Positions 38,711-50,430 of a DNA stretch of 64,000 nucleotides are shown in pieces. Source of the stretch: Podarcis tiliguerta. Taxonomy: Eukaryota. The translations under genes were made by a program, and so were the position numbers. The notes below the pieces were generated by a model. That model was not told the origin of the DNA and did not search any database. It worked only from the letters and a program-made list of their open reading frames with translations. The DNA is taken from the NCBI GenBank assembly GCA_965153285.1, contig OZ229116.1. One strand, written 5' to 3'. Position 1 is the stretch's first letter. Each line of letters opens with the position of its first letter.

Positions 38711-40017
38711 TAATGAAATTTATACACTGCGGGATTGGTTTGGTTTTTTTTAAAAAAAAAGAAAAGTCCTCAAGGCAGTTTTCCCCTCCAAGGAGGAAAA
38801 AAATCCATCTCTTACCCAATCGCCCAATTTAATTTTTATAGCTCTAAGAAACCGATTGTCGGGTGTGCCTAACAAAGAGGACTTCATTTCTAACATTTGG
38901 AAGCAAACAAATTGCGGAAGGTGGAAATCTGGAACAATTTTTTTAAAAAAGCTTTATTTCCTCACCAGCAAAAGCATTTGCATACTGGTAATTCTCAGCA
39001 AAGAGCATGATAAAATGTTGTTATTGTTGGGGGGGGGGGTGTTTCCAGGGCTGTATTTTTAAGCTCTGTTTGTGTCATAGAAATGACCATTTTCTAAACC
39101 TACTTTTGATTTAAGAAAGAAAGGGGAGGGGGAAACCCTATTACTATAAAAAGTCATTACTCCCAGACCTCTTTATGTAGTACAATGTTAAGTACACTGC
39201 AATGTTGAGTCCCAGGTGGAACACAATACTGTAATTCAATTGAGAGATCCTGCTAATGTCCCACACTGTAAGAATATAGCTTACGGGTTTGGGTATGTGG
39301 TAGTGAATCTCTCAGCCTTGCGACTGAATTACGGCTTCACTATTTGGTCTGGCTCCCTTTGCAGTCGCTTGTAAGGTACAGGACTCCTTACAAGTTGCTT
39401 GTAATGTTATCTGTAAAACAATTATTAATATAAGAAAGGAAAGGTAACAGAACTATAAATTACTGTTCGTACAGGAGAATAATATTGTTCAGGGAAAACC
39501 AGCACTACAGCAGGCATGATACAAGAAACGTCTATATAGCCCAGGCAGCACTGGTAATGAAAACAGCAGAATAAAAATCTAGTGCTATTTATCGGCATTA
39601 GTAAGGGCTTTTAAGAGAGAGAATCCCAAATGCTCAGTTAACTCAGGTCACTGTGGTTTTATTTTCTTACAGTACTGTAATTCAACTGAGGGATCCTGCT
39701 AATCTCCCGCACTGTGAGTAGTCATTTTGGCATAAAAGCAGTTTATAAATTAATATTTATTTGTTTGTTTGTTTGTTTGTTTGTTTAAAATCCTTGAGCC
39801 CATGGATTCTAGGAAGAAGAAAATACTAGGACATCCTTCAAACAACACTAAAACTGTGAGGCAATAAAAATACAAAACTGTTAAGCAGAACAATGGCTAT
39901 GAAAACAGTTAAAATGACTGGTCAAATTAAAAATCCTGGTGCTCAAAAAAATCCAAAAACCTGTAATGTCAACTCCAGCCAAGCCTCCTTGGGGATAGGA
40001 ACAATCCAATTGGACTA

Positions 40018-40533
40018 CAGTGGTACCCCGCAAGACGAATGCCTCAGAAGACGAAAAACTCGCAAGACGAAAGGGTTTTTCGTTTTCTGAGGTGCTTCGC
40101 AAGACGGATTTTCTTAAGGGCTTGCTTCACTAGACGAAACGGACCTGCCTCTCATGTCATGGTGACGGTCACTGCATGCACGCACACTCGCTTCCCCGCT
40201 CCTCCGGCTCCCTCCCACCTTCCGGCTGACGGTTAGTGCCTCGCGCCGCTGCCCACCCCCCTAACGCGCTCCCCTCAGAGAGCCATTGCCACCAGCGCCT
40301 CTCTCTCCCTGGAGTCGCGCTCCTGAGCCCCGCCGCCCTCCAGCAGCCGTGTCGCACAGTGGCCACAATGCGCGGGTGAGTCTGAGGTACCGGCTGCGGC
40401 AGCTGTCCTGCTTCTCCCCGCCCCTCCCCGCCGTTGTTGGTGTTTAAATGCAGTGGTGTTTCGCAAGATGAAAAAACTCGCACAACGAAAAAACTCGCGG
40501 AACAAATTAATATCGTCTTGCGAAGCACCACTG
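40018..40533. mobile_element. Tigger-like MITE, GCAAGACGAA family, copy B with GC-rich cargo
   Basis: TIRs CAGTGGTACCCCGCAAGACGA / TCGTCTTGCGAAGCACCACTG; TA TSD at 40016-17 and 40534-35; arms homologous to 1284-1649. Confidence 0.9.
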
Positions 40534-40725
40534 TATTTCTGTTTCTCTCGGTTTCTCATTTTCCCAAGCGGTTCAGTTGGTTACATTTCTATGTCAGTTT
40601 GTTGTTGTTGTTTTTAAAAAAGTCCTCACAAGAATCTCTCCTGCTGAGCTCTGGCATTGTGAATGCGCAGCTCTTTACTTTCCCATATCCAGCTGTCAAA
40701 GTCTCTCTTGCCTAGTAGGTGGGAG

Positions 40726-40889
40726 CAGAAGTAGCTTTAAAGGAGTGGGACAGGTTCAGCTGAACTAGGCGTGGTTCGGTAGGGGCTCCGCAACTGTGAT
40801 TTAAAACAGAGCGTGAGAAGCAGAGGGGTGCAGGATTTTGGCATCACACGGGGTGCCGCTTAAATTTCAGAGCCCAAGATCTGCCACTG
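40726..40889. mobile_element. Old short hAT (Tip100/Ac-like) element
   Basis: Ends CAGAAGTAGCTTTA / AGATCTGCCACTG, flanked by GTGGGAGC and GTGGGAAC. Confidence 0.5.
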
Positions 40890-40897
40890 GTGGGAAC

Positions 40898-41637
40898 CAG
40901 AGGTGTAGCATGGGAAGGGCAGTGGGGCCATGTGTTAAGTTGTGGGTGAACATATCAGCCGACACGGCGATTCTTCAAACAGCTCAGGCCAGGCCAGAAC
41001 TGAACTGAAGGGTTCAGCCAGCCTGCTTATATAGAGCTCCACTAGAACGCAACTGTAACAACATTCTGTAACTATCCAATCACTGAACGTCACTTTCAAT
41101 CCCTTATTTGCATATGTGGACCTGAGTGAAAACTATCTACAGTATCCCCCTGCTGGCCCAGGGTGAGAACCTAAGTACATAACACCATGGCCCCAGGCGC
41201 AGATTTTTGAAGCAGTGTGAGGACAGCAGGCTCCCTCATCAAGGCTGGAGCCGTGAGGAAGCACGTTAACCCATGCCTTCAGGGCTGGAGTGGTGGCAGC
41301 GCCTCCTTCTCTTTGTGGCCGGCGATGGGACACCTGCACACGCCAGACAAGATGGAGGGGGAGGGTGCTGGCACTGCCACCCCAAAGAGAGGCAAGGGTC
41401 TCTGGCAGCTGCCGCCTCCTTCACATACAGTGCACCACAGCCTTCAAATCTGCCCTCCTCAAAGGTTTACTTTGATCCTCTTTCTCCCTCCACTTGCTTC
41501 GCCTTACTCTGTGCACACCGCCAGGTCTCCTCCATCTCCTGTCAGACTGTTGCAGTGTGGGCTTGGGCTGGCACAATCCCCCTTCTGCACCCCATGCCCC
41601 CACACCTCAGACGCTGACAACCCATGCTACACCACTG
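40898..41637. mobile_element. hAT (Tip100/Ac-like) non-autonomous element containing a solo LTR
   Basis: TIRs CAGAGGTGTAGCATGGG / CCCATGCTACACCACTG; 8-bp TSD GTGGGAAC/GTGGGAGC. Confidence 0.85.
40933..41184 (-). mobile_element. Solo LTR (252 bp)
   Basis: TGTTA...TAACA termini; perfect 5-bp TSD CCATG at 40928-32 and 41185-89; TATATAA on the minus strand at about 41027-33. Confidence 0.85.
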
Positions 41638-42721
41638 GTGGGAGCGAAAGGGGAACATTAGGAAAGATGAAGGATCTGGACATTAAATGCCACCAGAACA
41701 ATCCTGAAAGCAGACGGAATGTGGTTATTGAGAGCCTCTCAAAGCTATAAAGCAGGATATAAGTATTCTAAGTATTCTAAAGGAATACAATATAATAAAA
41801 GCACTTATGGTGGGATTTTCGGGACTTTGGCTATTTTGCATTCTGTCTTACGTTACTAATGGAACTATTATAACAAATCATTTTATCTCTTAAGTTCTTC
41901 AGCAGTTCGGTGCACCTTACTCCGAGCAATTATTAGTACTATAAAATCTGAAATACCTAAAAACGCTAAGAGTTCTTGGTTGTCCTAGGTTCAGGATGCC
42001 ATTTGTGTGGGGTACATGAAAATGGAAACATTTCTACAGTGTAGCTCTGAGTTCTCATAACCCATCACCACCACATCCTCCCTGCCCCCAAAACTCATCT
42101 ATATGCTAATTTATCAGTGGCTAATACTGCCCTGAAATTTAATGATACTAACGGAAGGAGAATGTGAAACGAAAATTTTGCTTCCTCTCTTTACAAAGCC
42201 TGTGTGTGTGTGTGTGTTTGGAATGAAAGGCAACAAAAATATTGATTTAATAAAGGCACAGATTGTAGGTCGGGCTAGCATCTCCTAGTTCTATTTTTAC
42301 AACCCCATCAAAGCACCAGAACCTGGGTGAGCTTGGAGCTTCCTCACAAAATAAGTGCATTAGCTATTTCTCTGTCCTTTCTCCACCTTCACTCTGATGC
42401 TCTTAAGGTGAAAACAGATGGGACATTTTAACATTGGTCACAGGTTTACTACTTCTGGCAGAATGAGCCATAAGATGTCTAGTACCTGTTAGAAGTCAGG
42501 TCATGCATACATCCTACAAAGCAGGGGTTGAGGTGCAATTAAAAATGCCAAAGGGGAGAGGTCAGACATGCTGTCCACCTTTCCAAAATACACCTGTTCT
42601 GGTGATTGTGGAAGGACATATGTTGGTGATGTCGCAGGCATTAGCCAGTATGTGCCTTTCACAACTAAACTTTGGCCAATTTTAAGTCGTATATGCTTGA
42701 TACGAATGTTGTAGCAAAACA

Positions 42722-42948
42722 GACAGTGTGGTGTAGTAGTTAGAGTATTGGGATAGTACATCAGAGACCAGGGCTCAAATCCCCACTAAGTCATAAAACT
42801 TACCTCATGACCTTGGGCCAGTTACTGTCTCTCAGTCTAACTTACTTCACATGGTTGTTGCGGGACTAAAATGGAGGGGGAGAATCATGATTGCCACCTT
42901 GAGCTGCTTGGAGGAAAAGTGGAATATAAATGTAATGATAAATAAATT
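42722..42948 (+). mobile_element. Old Squam3-type SINE
   Basis: CAGTGTGGTGTAGTAGTTAGAG head, GGGCTCAAATCC B box, TGACCTTGGGCCAGT CORE, AATAAA tail. Confidence 0.8.
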
Positions 42949-43099
42949 AATATTGTGAGGATGATTTCACAGGAAACTCATACTACTCTTAAAATCTTTA
43001 TTCATTCATTTCTTTTCATTTTTAATCCACCATCAGACAAATTATCTGGAGCTGGGATGTGTCAGATACAAAACCAAGCTAATATAGTTACCTAATATA

Positions 43100-43358
43100 C
43101 CGTATTTTTTGCTCTATAAGACTCACTTTTTCCCTCCTAAAAAGTAAGGGGAAATGTGTGTGCGTCTTATGGAGCGAATGCAGGCTGCACAGCTATCCCA
43201 GAAGCCAGAACAGCAAGAGGGATTGCTGCTTTCACTGTGCAGCGATCCCTCTTGCTGTTGTGGCTTCTGAGATTCAGAATAATTTTTTTCTTGTTTTCCT
43301 CCTCCAAAAACTAGGTGCGTCTTGTGGTCTGGTGCGTCTTATAGAGCGAAAAATACGG
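43100..43358. mobile_element. Tc2/pogo-like MITE (CCGTATTTTT ends)
   Basis: TIRs CCGTATTTTTTGCTCTATAAGACTCAC / GTGCGTCTTATAGAGCGAAAAATACGG; TA TSD. Confidence 0.92.
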
Positions 43359-43439
43359 TAGTTACAACAGAACAATATAAAATCGGCCAGTATAACATCT
43401 CCTTAAAAATCAGTGACCTAATACATCAAGAATCCACCA

Positions 43440-43830
43440 CACTAAAGGGTGTTTTGCTAATGCCCCAAATTTTGGTTACAGCGAGCTTTTAGGAGGGAGG
43501 GCATTCCAAAATTGGGGAACCACCATTGAGACAGCCCTATCAAGTGTTGTAGGGGTATGAGCCTCACTTAGCAATGGATTAATAAGTAGGGCATCTCTGA
43601 TCTCAGTGCCCTCCCTCCTAAAATATGATTCAGTGAGAGGTGCTCCTTCAGGTAACTGGGTCTGAGGTCAAGCAAGGCTTTGTAAGTCAGCATTAAAATC
43701 TTGAAGCAAGCTCAGTAGCATACAAGCAGCCAGTGCAGGCTCTACAAAACGGGTGTTCTGTGAGTTCAACTAAGCAGCCCAGTCAATACTCTGTACCAGC
43801 TGCTGCTTCCAAATCTGTTTTCAAGGACAG
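43440..43830 (-). mobile_element. Old L2 LINE fragment
   Basis: Minus strand AGGGCTGTCTCAATGGTGGTTCCCCAATTTTGGAATGCCCTCCC (RAVSMVVPQFWNALP), with upstream LHWL and LVQ motifs. Confidence 0.7.
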
Positions 43831-45299
43831 TCCCATGCAAAAAATGGTTCTTATAAGAGCATGAAGTCAGGTTCTCTCTGTCCAGGAACTCCCAGAGCCA
43901 GTAAAACAGCTAACAATAAGCACTCCAACCCACTTCCTGTAGGTTTCCAGTGACAAAGGTGATCAATCCCATTACAGGGAGTACAACCCCATGCAGAACA
44001 AGCCATCTGCAAGGCTGCAGCAGGGAGGTTGGTGCTGTGCAGGAACAGCAGCAGAGCCAATCTGATGCTCCTGCCACCCCACCTGCCCTGCGCTAACCTC
44101 CCTGGTGCCTCGCCCCATCCCCATCCCTTCCCCTCCCACTTTCAGTTGCAAGCAGCTACCTCTGCATTAGAAAGCAGATGAGCAATGCCAGCATACCCTG
44201 CTGACCACTACAGCCTCAGTTTTTAGCTCCTAATTCAGCCCCTGGCAGCCTCGAGACATCAGTCTAGCATTTGCACAGCCTCTCCTGATTCAGAAGATAT
44301 GGAGAAAGGCACTTGGGTATCACAGCAGTCTGGTGATACTGTTCCTGAAACCCTTTGATGCCTAACAGGTTGTGCCTGTCTTAATCTTCCAAAAAAATAA
44401 TAATAATCAAATGCAGCAGCAAGCAGATGAAACTGAAGAGCAGGATGGAAACCAAAGTAAAAAAAAGAAAACAAAACAGGCCAGCAAAGAGAACAGTTGC
44501 TTTCAGTCAACATCAACAAGTTGCCTTCAGTTTTCTCTGCATTCATTTTCTAGCACAAAAGGGGGGAAGAATGAAGAATATTAGCATAAGAGTCCTATGG
44601 CCATAATCAAACTGTAATTGGCCTCGGAGATCACTTACGACAATCAGGGAAGTAATAAGGTATCTGAATAATTATGAAAAATTAGGCACATTTATGAATA
44701 ATTACACTCTTAATAACTATCTAACACATCTAATTTTTAAACTGTAATTCGCGTCATTATTGATTGGCATATCATCAGTGCACACCAATTCCCTTCCTTT
44801 CTTATAGCCATTATTTGATTTAACCATTAGGCCCTAATTGGGAGCTTATTCTCAGACATAGGTCAAGAAAAGTCATAGAGGCTTGTCGTGATGCTAAAGG
44901 AAGAGAAGCCTCACTAGTAGAGTAGGATGCAATAGAATTACTTGCAGCGGCAATGGCTCTTTGAGAAGAAATAAACCAAAACACAGAGATCTGCATATTA
45001 AAAACTGATAGAGGCGAAGGTTGAATAAGAGACTGGAGAGGGGCTATTTTCTTCCTGTCACTTTACTAGTCCCACCCCCTCCGATAATTGATGCACAATA
45101 TCTTGGTGGCATGACAGAAGTATTAGAATTTTTATGATAACGTCTCCACAGGTTTCAAACCATCTTGATAAACCATACTTAGCAAAGCTAGTATGATCCA
45201 CACTTAGGATCTTTTGTGGTGGGATGGGGGGGAATGGGGAAGGGAACATACTGGAGAGTTATTCATTTTTAACTAGCGTACAGGAACCTATGGAAGATA

Positions 45300-45690
45300 A
45301 ATCATTCTGTCTATCTGGAACGCCTCTCCCAATATAAACCTACCCAGACCAGGCTTTATTATCTGAAGGGTGATGACAAGGGAGAGGGCCTTTTCAGTAG
45401 TGGCTCCCTGTCTATTGGAATGTTCTCCCTAGAGAGATGCCTTCACTGATATCTCTCTTCTCCCAGGCCTTTGATACACTGAGTTCAGTCTGCTTTATTG
45501 TTAGCCTGCTGCCAAGCTTCCTATTGCTGATGTTTTGGCTTTTTATATGTTGTATGAAATGTTATTATGGTGGTTTTTTAAATCTACCTCTATAATATTA
45601 TGTATTTTTATATAAATGTAGGTCACCTGAATACAGTTTAGGTGGCAAGCAACTAGTAAGGTAGTGGTGGTGGTGGTAATAAATAATATA
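45300..45690 (+). mobile_element. Old L2 LINE 3' end
   Basis: ACAAGGGAGAGGGCCTTTTCAGTAGTGGCTCCC..TGGAATGTTCTCCC, then TCCCAGGCCTTTGA and a T-rich UTR. Confidence 0.7.
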
Positions 45691-47200
45691 TTTTACTTTC
45701 TTTCAAAAAAGTTTCTGGCTGGCAGGACAAAGATTCCATGAATCACAGAATGAATTAATGGTACACATTGCCACTTGATGATGTGCTCACCATTAGAATA
45801 GATTTAATCATAGATTTAAGATCCTTTGCTATCAGAGAGAGAGAGAGAGCCTCCATGTGCTCAGACAGTAAATCTCTAATTACCAGATATTAAGAGCAAC
45901 CAAGAGGTGATAGCTATCTCTTTCCAGAAACATATTGAGGTCACAGTATAGAATTACATGGAACTTAGCCCATACATAGTCCTCCTCCATACTTGCTAAT
46001 AGACATGAGTGTAGGAAGAGCACACTCTTGTTCTGGTCCTTAGCCCAAAGTCCTGGCACACCACAAGGTAAATTACAAGCATCGAGACTGGGAGTAGATC
46101 TCAAGCTTGCACATCTCCTCTCTCTGCCTGCCTCATTCATCTCGCTGCATGGCAGAAGTCTCCCAAACAAGACAATTCCAAAGTTAATTGAACACGGATC
46201 TCCCTCGATCCTGGAATTGAACTTGCTTGCAGATTCTGTCTTCAACATCACAGGAAGTACCTGTGCTCAAAAAAACAAAAACAAATGCGCATGGGACCTC
46301 CCATTTGCAATGCAGCATCTCCAATGAGCATTTCAACCAACTCTCCAGTTCCACGCCAACATTCATTCCTATGAACGATGAGATGAGGTGGAGGAGCAAG
46401 GATTTGCCAAGAGGCATGCACACACATAAGGCCGCTCTTTGATTTCACCAGGTGTAGAGGTGTGGGCTGCTTAACATATGAGCAGCTCGGTGGTTAATGC
46501 AAGAGTGTATATTACAGCATTGGCTCCACAATTCCCTCTTGGTCTCCTGGCAATCAAATCCTATCTATCTTTCGCTCAAAAGCCCTATGATGCCTAAGGG
46601 CAAGGAGATGGGGGCGGCAGGGAGGATGTTTTATTTTGCCGTTTTTGCAATTTACCTTCTCTATTTTGGCTTCTCCTGTTCTGCCAACTTAGCTGTTTTC
46701 TTTTCCTGCCCCAGTTTGAATCCTCTCAGAGCAGAATAACACATGTTGCCTGTTGGGTTTAATAGGTGACTGTCACTGAAACTGGAAGAAGAGAGCAAAC
46801 AAATGCAGGCTGATTACAAGAGCGATCCTCCCCAGGGGTCCAGGAAAACCTGCACACATGCGCTCCTCAAATTCTGTGACTAAATATTAACAGGTCTGCA
46901 CAGTACAAACGATGTCTTTTTTCAAAGTACTGCTGTCTGCTAGACACACGGGAATCTGCAAAAGCAGATTGTTTTGCATATCCAAGGGAAAAAGTTTTGG
47001 CTACATTTTGTTCTTCTAAGAAAAGAGTCCAAGGTTTAAAGTTTGGTGATACAGCTGTTGATTATCCCCCACTTTAAGAATACAAGGCGGCAGCATGTAG
47101 GAAACAAAGAACTATCAGTTGCAGTAATAGACATACTTATCAGTGGGTAAACGTCTCACTAAAATTAGTAAGAATGCTTACAAGGAAACAGGACGCAGTA

Positions 47201-47426
47201 CAGTGGTACCTCGGGTTAAGAACTTAATTCGTTCCGGAGGTCCGTTCTTAACCTGAAACTATTCTTAACCTGAAGCACCACTTTAGCTAATGGGGCCTCC
47301 CGCTGCTGCCGCGCCACCGGAGCACAATTTCTGTTCTCATCCTGAAGCAAAGTTCTTAACCCGAGGTACTATTTCTGGGTTAGCGGAGTCTGTAACCTGA
47401 AGCGTATGTAACCCGAGGTACCACTG
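47201..47426. mobile_element. Tigger-like MITE, AACCTGAAGC family, copy 4
   Basis: CAGTGGTACCTCGGGTTA TIRs; TA TSD. Confidence 0.94.
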
Positions 47427-49129
47427 TATACAAATTTGATATAAACAAATAAATTAGCATGTATTAGATCAAGTTGCACCTTGCATGAAGGGCTATTTGT
47501 GTTGATTTACCCCTTCACCAAAGGAAATCAACCATGCCATTTTCTCTTATGCCTACTGAGCTGCAGCTGCATAGGGATATGTTGTATCCTTAAATGCAAA
47601 GGATGTTAGATGAGATTGGTGGAGAGGAATAATGTTCACTTGTTCCCCTCTATGTGACCAGGCTGAGTGAGGTGGATTGTCTAATCTGACACTGATTCCC
47701 ACCTGTTCCCCACTCCAAACGAAATCTCAGAATAGATCTACCAGGTCAGATCAGGAAATCTAACCTGAATTACAAAAGTTTCCAGAATCCAACAGTAAAT
47801 CCAGGGCACTTCCATATGACCTGTTTATTGATCATTCATCCTGATGTGTTTGCAGGGAGATTAGAAGCAGTCGGCTATTTAACGTGCATTCATTCTTATT
47901 TGTTTATTGGGAGGTTTCAAAGCAAATGCCATCCCACACTTTCCTGTGCATTTCCCCATTACTTTCCTTACGGTAAGCAGTCTGATCTTCGGGAGGAAGT
48001 GGGTTTGTTGTGCAAGGCCTCCCAATCAATTATAATCTCACAACCTGAGTATTCCAGAATATGAGGGAATCCCACCCAAAAATTCTGGGTGGGATATATA
48101 TATATATATATTGGATCAGCTGTGTTTTATGGATGGTTTCTTATTGTGAATTGACAATTTTCAACTGTCTCTTTACACAATAATGTATCCAAACATTATA
48201 TTACACAGTAATGTAACCAAACATTTTTACCTCCTAACCATAACCCAACTACTACGTGTCTTTATAAGCAAACATCATAGCTAAGGTATCATTCAGCATG
48301 TACTTTACTCTCCAGCGCTAACGGAAAATACCGTACCAACTTTTTAAAGCTTAGTTTTCTTCTTTTCCTATCTAAAACTTTATTGCAAAAATAATAAATA
48401 AATGCTGAATACTAAGACCTCTACCGCCCCTACCTTGCAATGTTTGAGTGTGTCAGGAGGTTTGTATGACAGACTATTGACTACTTTTCAGAAATTTGTT
48501 GACCTAAATCTTGCAACTAAAGACAAGCCAAAGCCCTTCTATTCCTCAGCACGCATGTCAGCTGTCTGAGGTTTTGCATGATTAATGTTCTTTAGAAACC
48601 TTACAAAATCAATAAACAGGCTCTAAAGCAGAAGACATCTGTATCCAAAAGCCTTGCTTTTCTTTTTTTTAGTTACCTCTTTACCCTGGCCTTTGACACC
48701 TGAGATATATGTATTTTTTAGGATAGGACACACCCTATTTTTGTGATTGTTACATTGGCCAAAATAACTTTAGCAAAATATAATGAATCTTTCCCTTCTA
48801 CCCTTCTCAATTTCAAGTTATAGATGATGATGATGATGATGATTTATTAAATTTCTATACTGCCTTTCATCCAAGGATCACAGGGCAGTTTACAATATAA
48901 ATCCATGGGTGGTGCTAGAAATCTACTCCCATCCCAAAATTGGAGAAATTATCCACACTTGGTTTTTATCTCACAGGATAGTTGTGTTTGACAGCAGTTG
49001 TGATTGCCAAAGTGATACAGAAATTGATAAGCTAGAATGACAATAAAAAGTTGAAGATGAATAAATCTTGGCCTGTGGATGAGGGCAGCAAGTATACATG
49101 TGATGGGATTGAAGAACAGGTTTTCTCTC

Positions 49130-49181
<52 letters not shown>
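49130..49181. repeat. Compound (TA)n(CA)n microsatellite
   Basis: Directly visible. Confidence 0.95.
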
Positions 49182-49183
<2 letters not shown>

Positions 49184-50430
49184 CCAAAAAACCCAATACC
49201 ACAAAACCAAAGAGGGGGCAGGGGTAAGAGGAGAGAAGGATGCATTTTGAAATGCACAGTTGAGCCCTTTGTGCTGGGGAAAGAAGAGCCTTGTTTTCTT
49301 TCAGTGCTGGCAGCTGAGTTTGTGTTGATGCACAGAAGTAAAACAAGAGCATTCAAACAAGTGGAACACGATCTGATAAGCCTGGAAATGACTCTGCCAA
49401 TTCATCCAGCCCAAATGACATCTCTGCCAGTGCCCTTTCAACACTTCTGATTTGAGCACAAGATTCCCAGGGGGAGACTTTTTCTTACACACTCTGTCCT
49501 GGTTCCCTACCCTACACAATTCAATGGTGGGAGAAGGGGCCGAAGAATCAGAGGGGGAGGGAATGGATGGGTTGTATTCATTTTCTTTTAGGGAAACAGT
49601 GTTTTTTCTGTTATTTCGCTTCTGTAATCCTTCCTGTACTGTATTCTGTTCTATGCCAAAAAAATGTCCCTTTAGGAATCATGTTTAATCCAATCAAGAG
49701 GCCATAAAATATCTATCTATAATATAAAATAAAAACATGCATGCTCTGAGTGACCATGCTTTGCTAGCTCTGTAGCTGTCCAGGGATTGATAATACTCAA
49801 ACCTTGCTCAAATCTTCTAACTAAGCTTGTACAGGACAATTTCTTTCTGCTCATTTAATTATAAGAGGTGAGGGTTTTTTATTGCATCCATGATCCAGTT
49901 CAATACTAATTTTACCTTCTTCTTTTTTTAAAAGGAAAGGGTCTTATTATAGCAATGTAAGTGCAGCACAATTTGTGGCTGCAAATCCTTTTACCCAGAA
50001 CCACAAACTGATAACATTTGTGCTCTGCAAATTTTCAACAAAAAAAAATATAATATAATATAAAGATTTATGTTCAGATCATGCATTTTAGGTCTTAAAT
50101 TACCATGATTTATGAAGCAGCCCTAGTAGTTGTATGAATGTCATTAAAATTATCCTTTCAGCTTAACTGTGCTGCTTCTTCATGGGAGGTAATTTTGCAG
50201 AATACCAATGATCTTTTGGTTCCTGAACACTGAATTGCACTGCCTTAAATTGCTGCCTTTCCACCACCCCTTTATTTTTCAGAGTAGGAAGGACACAGAG
50301 CTCCATCTAGCAAAAATAGACTAAAATTAACTCTCCCACCTACCCACTCCAGTTATAATTTTACTTACATACTTTACCAGACAAATACTTTAATTTACTT
50401 TGGGATCAAATAGGGGTAAGCAACATTATA

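Noticed and set aside
41217-41750. 177-aa ORF
   Set aside because: Lies within the GC-rich interior of a hAT derivative; no recognisable domain or transposase motif.
48069-48095. Small hairpin ATCCCACCCA-AAAATTC-TGGGTGGGAT
   Set aside because: A single 10-bp stem next to (TA)n is compatible with chance or local repair; no functional evidence.
48949-49450. Overlapping ORFs with CVCV/YIYI/THTH runs
   Set aside because: Translations of the (TA)n(CA)n microsatellite.
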